From contig CM035354.1 in assembly GCA_020137815.1 (NCBI GenBank), forward strand, positions 8,122,001 through 8,186,000: a stretch of 64,000 nucleotides of DNA. Direction: 5' to 3'. The stretch is from Hormiphora californensis. Taxonomy: Eukaryota; Animalia; Ctenophora. The position numbers and the translations under genes were made by a program. The notes under the pieces are model-generated. The model ran no database searches, was not told where the DNA came from, and saw only the letters and a list, made by a program, of their open reading frames with translations. Positions 43,880 through 64,000 of the stretch are shown here, piece after piece. Position 1 is the first letter of the stretch. Every line of letters starts with the position of its first letter.

Positions 43880-46800
43880 CCTAAGTAAAGACTCTACCAA
43901 AAGATGCTTTTCAACGTCTCTTTTAAAGCGGTCCAAGACTCAGTTGATCTTAGTCCTCTTGGCAGTTGATTCCAAAATCGAGGGCCACAGATACGAACGC
44001 CTTTTCGCTGAGTTTGTATTTTGTCCTCGGTGTCTCCAAAAGAAGGTGGTCATCATCTTCCTGAGGCTCATGGACTTTCTCCTCTTCTCTTCTCAATCGG
44101 TCGGATAGATACCCCGGAGCAAGGCCATTTACACATTTGTAAACCAGTACACAGATCTTGATTCAATCCTCTCAGCAACTGGAAGAAAGTGTAATGCTTC
44201 CTTAGTAGTTAGTAGTACCTCTCCATTTCTTTGACCATAAACAAATCTCGCTGCTGCATTTTGAACTTTCTGCATTCTGTCGAGGTTCTTCTTGGTGATC
44301 CTACCAGAAGGAATTGCAGTAGTCTAGCTTAGAATGCACTAGGCTTGATACGAGGGTCGTCCTGAGTTCTTTTTGATAGTTGCCGCCTATCGCCCGAGTT
44401 CACTAGCGTAGCGTTGCATGGCTTTTACAACTCTAGTTACATGTTCATCAAAACTTAGGTTTGAGTCAAAATATACCCCAGGTTCCTCACAGATAAGCGA
44501 CGGGCAAAGGATCACATATCCGTTGACAGCTGAAAGGAGTTCTGAATATCATTATCCCTAGGTGATAGAATCAGATTTCAGTCTTCGATGGGTTGAGGCG
44601 TAGGAAGCTAGATGTTAGCCAGGACCGTATACAGCTGTACAATTCTGCAGTCTCAGTTCTGTGTCAGCATAATTCTCTGAGGAGAAAGCAGCATAGATCT
44701 GAGTGTCGTCTGCAAAGTGTATGTGCACACCATGCTTTAGGGCGATAGTTCAGTTCAGCTGTGTAACATATAAGAGTATGGGACCCAAAATAGATCCCTG
44801 TGGAACCCCAATACCAATGCCCGTAAGAGCTGATTAACGTCTCCAACCGAAACTGATGCACTTCTCCCCGAGAGGTAGCTTTCAAACCATGCCAGGGACG
44901 TACCTTAAATCCAAACAACTTCTGAAGACGTCGAAGCAAGACTGAGTGATTCACAGTGTCAAACGCTGCACTCATATCTAAGAGTAAAAGAGCAACCTTG
45001 ATTTAGAGTCAGTTAACATCAGCAGGTCGTCCAGAATTCGAAGAGTTGCCGTCTCACAGCTTTTATTGATCGGTAGGCTGATTGATTTTTGGGCAGCAAC
45101 GCATTTTCCTCCAGGTGTCTGACAAACTGATCAGCAGCACACTTCTCGATCAGTTTTCCAAGAAACGGTAGGTTGCTGACTGGCCTATAATTGCCGAGGT
45201 CATCTGGATCTAAGTCAGCTTTTTTGATGAGGGACGAATTAAAGCAGTCTTTAACTCGGACGGAAAAACCCCTGTAGACAGGCTAGTGTGACAATCTGGG
45301 CAGGATGGGTAGAAAGTTCAGCGAAGAGATTATGCACATATGAAGTAGGAGAGGATCTAATCACAATGCTTTGTTCCCATATCCAGTAGAGTTGAACGAA
45401 GTGTCTCATCAGAAACGTTTCGTAAACTTGAAAGTAGGTGCTGTTTTCTGTTGAGTACTGGTTTCCTGTGAAGGGGGCATATTCTCCTGTCGCTCTTCTC
45501 CATGGGCCTGGTAGATCTTTTCAACTTTTCCTTTAAAAGCGTTCATAAATGCCTCAGCAAGGTCAGTATGCTCGATGTTGCCAGGTACAACCACTGGCTT
45601 CTCCCTGCCCAACAGAGTATTTGCAGTCTGCCACGTTCACGAGGATCGTGTCGTTGCTTCCAGCTTTACAGTAAAAAAGCCTTCCCTTACACCTTTATCA
45701 CCCTCTCCGTCTCTTTCTCCTGGGCTTGGACCCTGGAAAAGTTCAAGTAATTCCAACGGTTTGTAGATTTTCTCAGCTTACCCTGTATTTCTCTCTTTCC
45801 CTCTTCGTAACCTCTTCGCCGTTTGACATTCTCAAGTTTTGATTATACCACTGGACATTTCTCGTTTTCACTTTCTTGGTAACATAGGGTGCTCTCTTGT
45901 CCAATAAAGATCGTGTTACAGAGTTGTAGAGACTCACACAGCCATCTAACTCATCCGGTAGTTCTCCGCAAGATCCAGTCGAGTATGTCCATCCTGAGAT
46001 CCTCTATATCGAAGTCCTTCATCATCCGACTCGTAACTATTTTGTATTCTGAGGTCGTACTTATACCGAAACGTCAAAAAGAAGCTCACAAGAGAATGAT
46101 CGGGCAGTACCGAGACCGGTAACGTCAACATCACTTAAACCGATATCCTCTCCTTCCCTAGTTAGCACCAAATCCAGAGTTCCACCTCTCGAGTGAGTTG
46201 GGCCTACCACGTTTTGTATCCAACCTTCCGAGTCAATTAGTTCCTTGAAACGTCTTGTAAAACTATCAGTTTCGTCCTGAAATCTAACATTGAAGTCACC
46301 CAGAAGGATCGGTACACCTCCTTTCGAGATAAATGACGATAGGTAGGCACTGAATTCAGCTAAAAATTGTGCATGTTCATTTCCAGTGCGGTAAATCACT
46401 GAAATACGGAGACCTACACTTCCCTTTACAAATGCTTCTGTGCACTCAAACGTTCTCGATTTAACGCTCTGCCTGTTAAACTTTATATCATCTCGAAAGA
46501 TAAAGCCAACACCACCACCTCTCTTACCCCCACGTCTCGCCGCATTAACCAGTGTGTACCCAAACTCCTTGAACTCAACCGCTAATGCCGATTCATCTGA
46601 ATTTAGCCAGGTTTCTGTCAGCGCCAGTATTGCCAAATTGTGCTCGACCATCATTTCTATTACCGAGTAAACTTTATTTCTTAGAGAAAAGCAGTTCGCG
46701 AGACCAACCTTCAATGACCTACACTTAAGTCGTTGTCCCTCATTCCTCCTCAGTTTTTTGAGTTCTTTAGTTTGAGCAGGTACACAGGACAGTCAAATGA

Positions 46801-47290
46801 TCCGGCATTATGATTACATGCTCTTCCCCTCAGTTGCGGATCCCTCCCTCTCTTACAGTTCACACAACATACCTTTGATCTGTCAGGACAGTCTCTCGTT
46901 CTGTGGCTTTCAGCACAGAACATGCAAGAAGGTTCGGTCTGCTCACATTCGTTCGACTTATGTCCAAATCTCTGGCATTTGAAACATTGAGGAATGTAAT
47001 ACCGGTCTTCAACTCTACAAGAACTATTTCCCACGTACAAGCGACCTCTAGCCGTAAGGAAGTCTCGGATTTCACACGATACCCGTACTCCCACTGATGC
47101 CCTCATCCTATCCCCGGACTTACCAACATACACAACATCAAACTTATCTCCCCTCTCAATCATCGCTCTCACCTCAGGATTCTTCATCTTAACCGCATCT
47201 ACTATGTCGTTATTGAGTTCGTCACGTGAAACCCTGTCAACCCACCTTTTTACTTCTTTGGAAAATATCGCTGTTTCAGCTCGTGTTGAA
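43880..47290 (-). mobile_element. LINE retrotransposon (L2/CR1 group), 5'-truncated and frameshifted
   Basis: ORF1 remnant 46750-47187 has CCHC knuckles (CFKCQRFGHKSNEC, CMFCAESHRTRDC). APE domain 46061-46714 (LALTETWL, LGDFNV, GGTLDLV). RT motifs include YRPVSNLPFLGK, MSAAFDTVNHSVLL, ADDTQIY, LDYCN and QKVQNAAAR. Confidence 0.9.
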
Positions 47291-47958
47291 CACGTTAACT
47301 AAACTAAACTCACAGGAGTAGTAGTGCAATGGTGAAGTGAGTTGTTGAAATGGTGCATGAGGGCCATACGGCGCTCAGGAAAGAAAAACTCAGCGCCAAT
47401 TCGGCGAGTGATCACCCGGACATCGTCAGCTAATCCCCCGTCGAGCATATTCCTCGGGTCCAAGGTACCAGACAGACACACACACATGGTGAGAGACAAA
47501 AATGTACTGACGTGAATATCATCTGGAATTGCTTGCCAAAATAAAGAGCACTAGAAACAGAGAATATTATGCTTTAATATCCCTAGCGGCATCCCCTCAT
47601 CGAAAGCTTAAGAGCCTCTTTTCTCACTCTCTTTTCTCCCTCTCTCTCCCTTTATCTCTCCCTTTCTCACTCTATTTCTCACTTTAAAGATCACATGACA
47701 GAAGGTGTTGACCAATCGCTATGACTTGCGACAGGATCCTTTATCTCACAAACGCGTGTTATCAATATGCTCTCTCTCTCTCTCTCTCTTTCATTCTTGT
47801 CTATCTGTTACTTTTTGTTGTGCATATGTTCGTGCAGTCTCATCTGTAGACACACCTCTCTCCTTCACTCTGCATAGTGCATTGCAGTAGTACCGCCATG
47901 TTTCTAATCCTTGTTGTTTTTTATTTATCACTCCTTGTCGCAATAGTCGGAACTATAA

Positions 47959-64000
<16,042 letters not shown>

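Overview
Gene-dense animal genomic DNA with short GT-AG introns, microsatellites and MITEs, and no prokaryotic features. Compact introns, nested genes and unpaired splice acceptors suggest a cydippid ctenophore such as Pleurobrachia or Hormiphora; this is an inference. The main result is at 1.7-17.7 kb: five unrelated motile-cilium/flagellum genes (TMEM232, CFAP299, CABCOCO1, CCDC180, EFCAB6) lie head-to-tail on the + strand. They are 100-540 bp apart, the downstream ones are preceded by unpaired splice acceptors, and an RFX X-box-like motif sits upstream of the first. This looks like a functionally coherent, SL-trans-spliced ciliary operon. A second operon-like run lies on the - strand (ATP5PB, WASHC3, an orphan gene). 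Three host genes carry nested genes: a GPCR in a PB1-ZZ p62-like gene, a same-strand FAD oxidoreductase in MEK1/2, and a glypican in WDR62/MAPKBP1. The window also holds a decayed L2/CR1-type LINE and several foldback elements. Gene identities come from recalled motif similarity, not database searches. Exon boundaries were read by eye, and some frameshifts are probably consensus errors.
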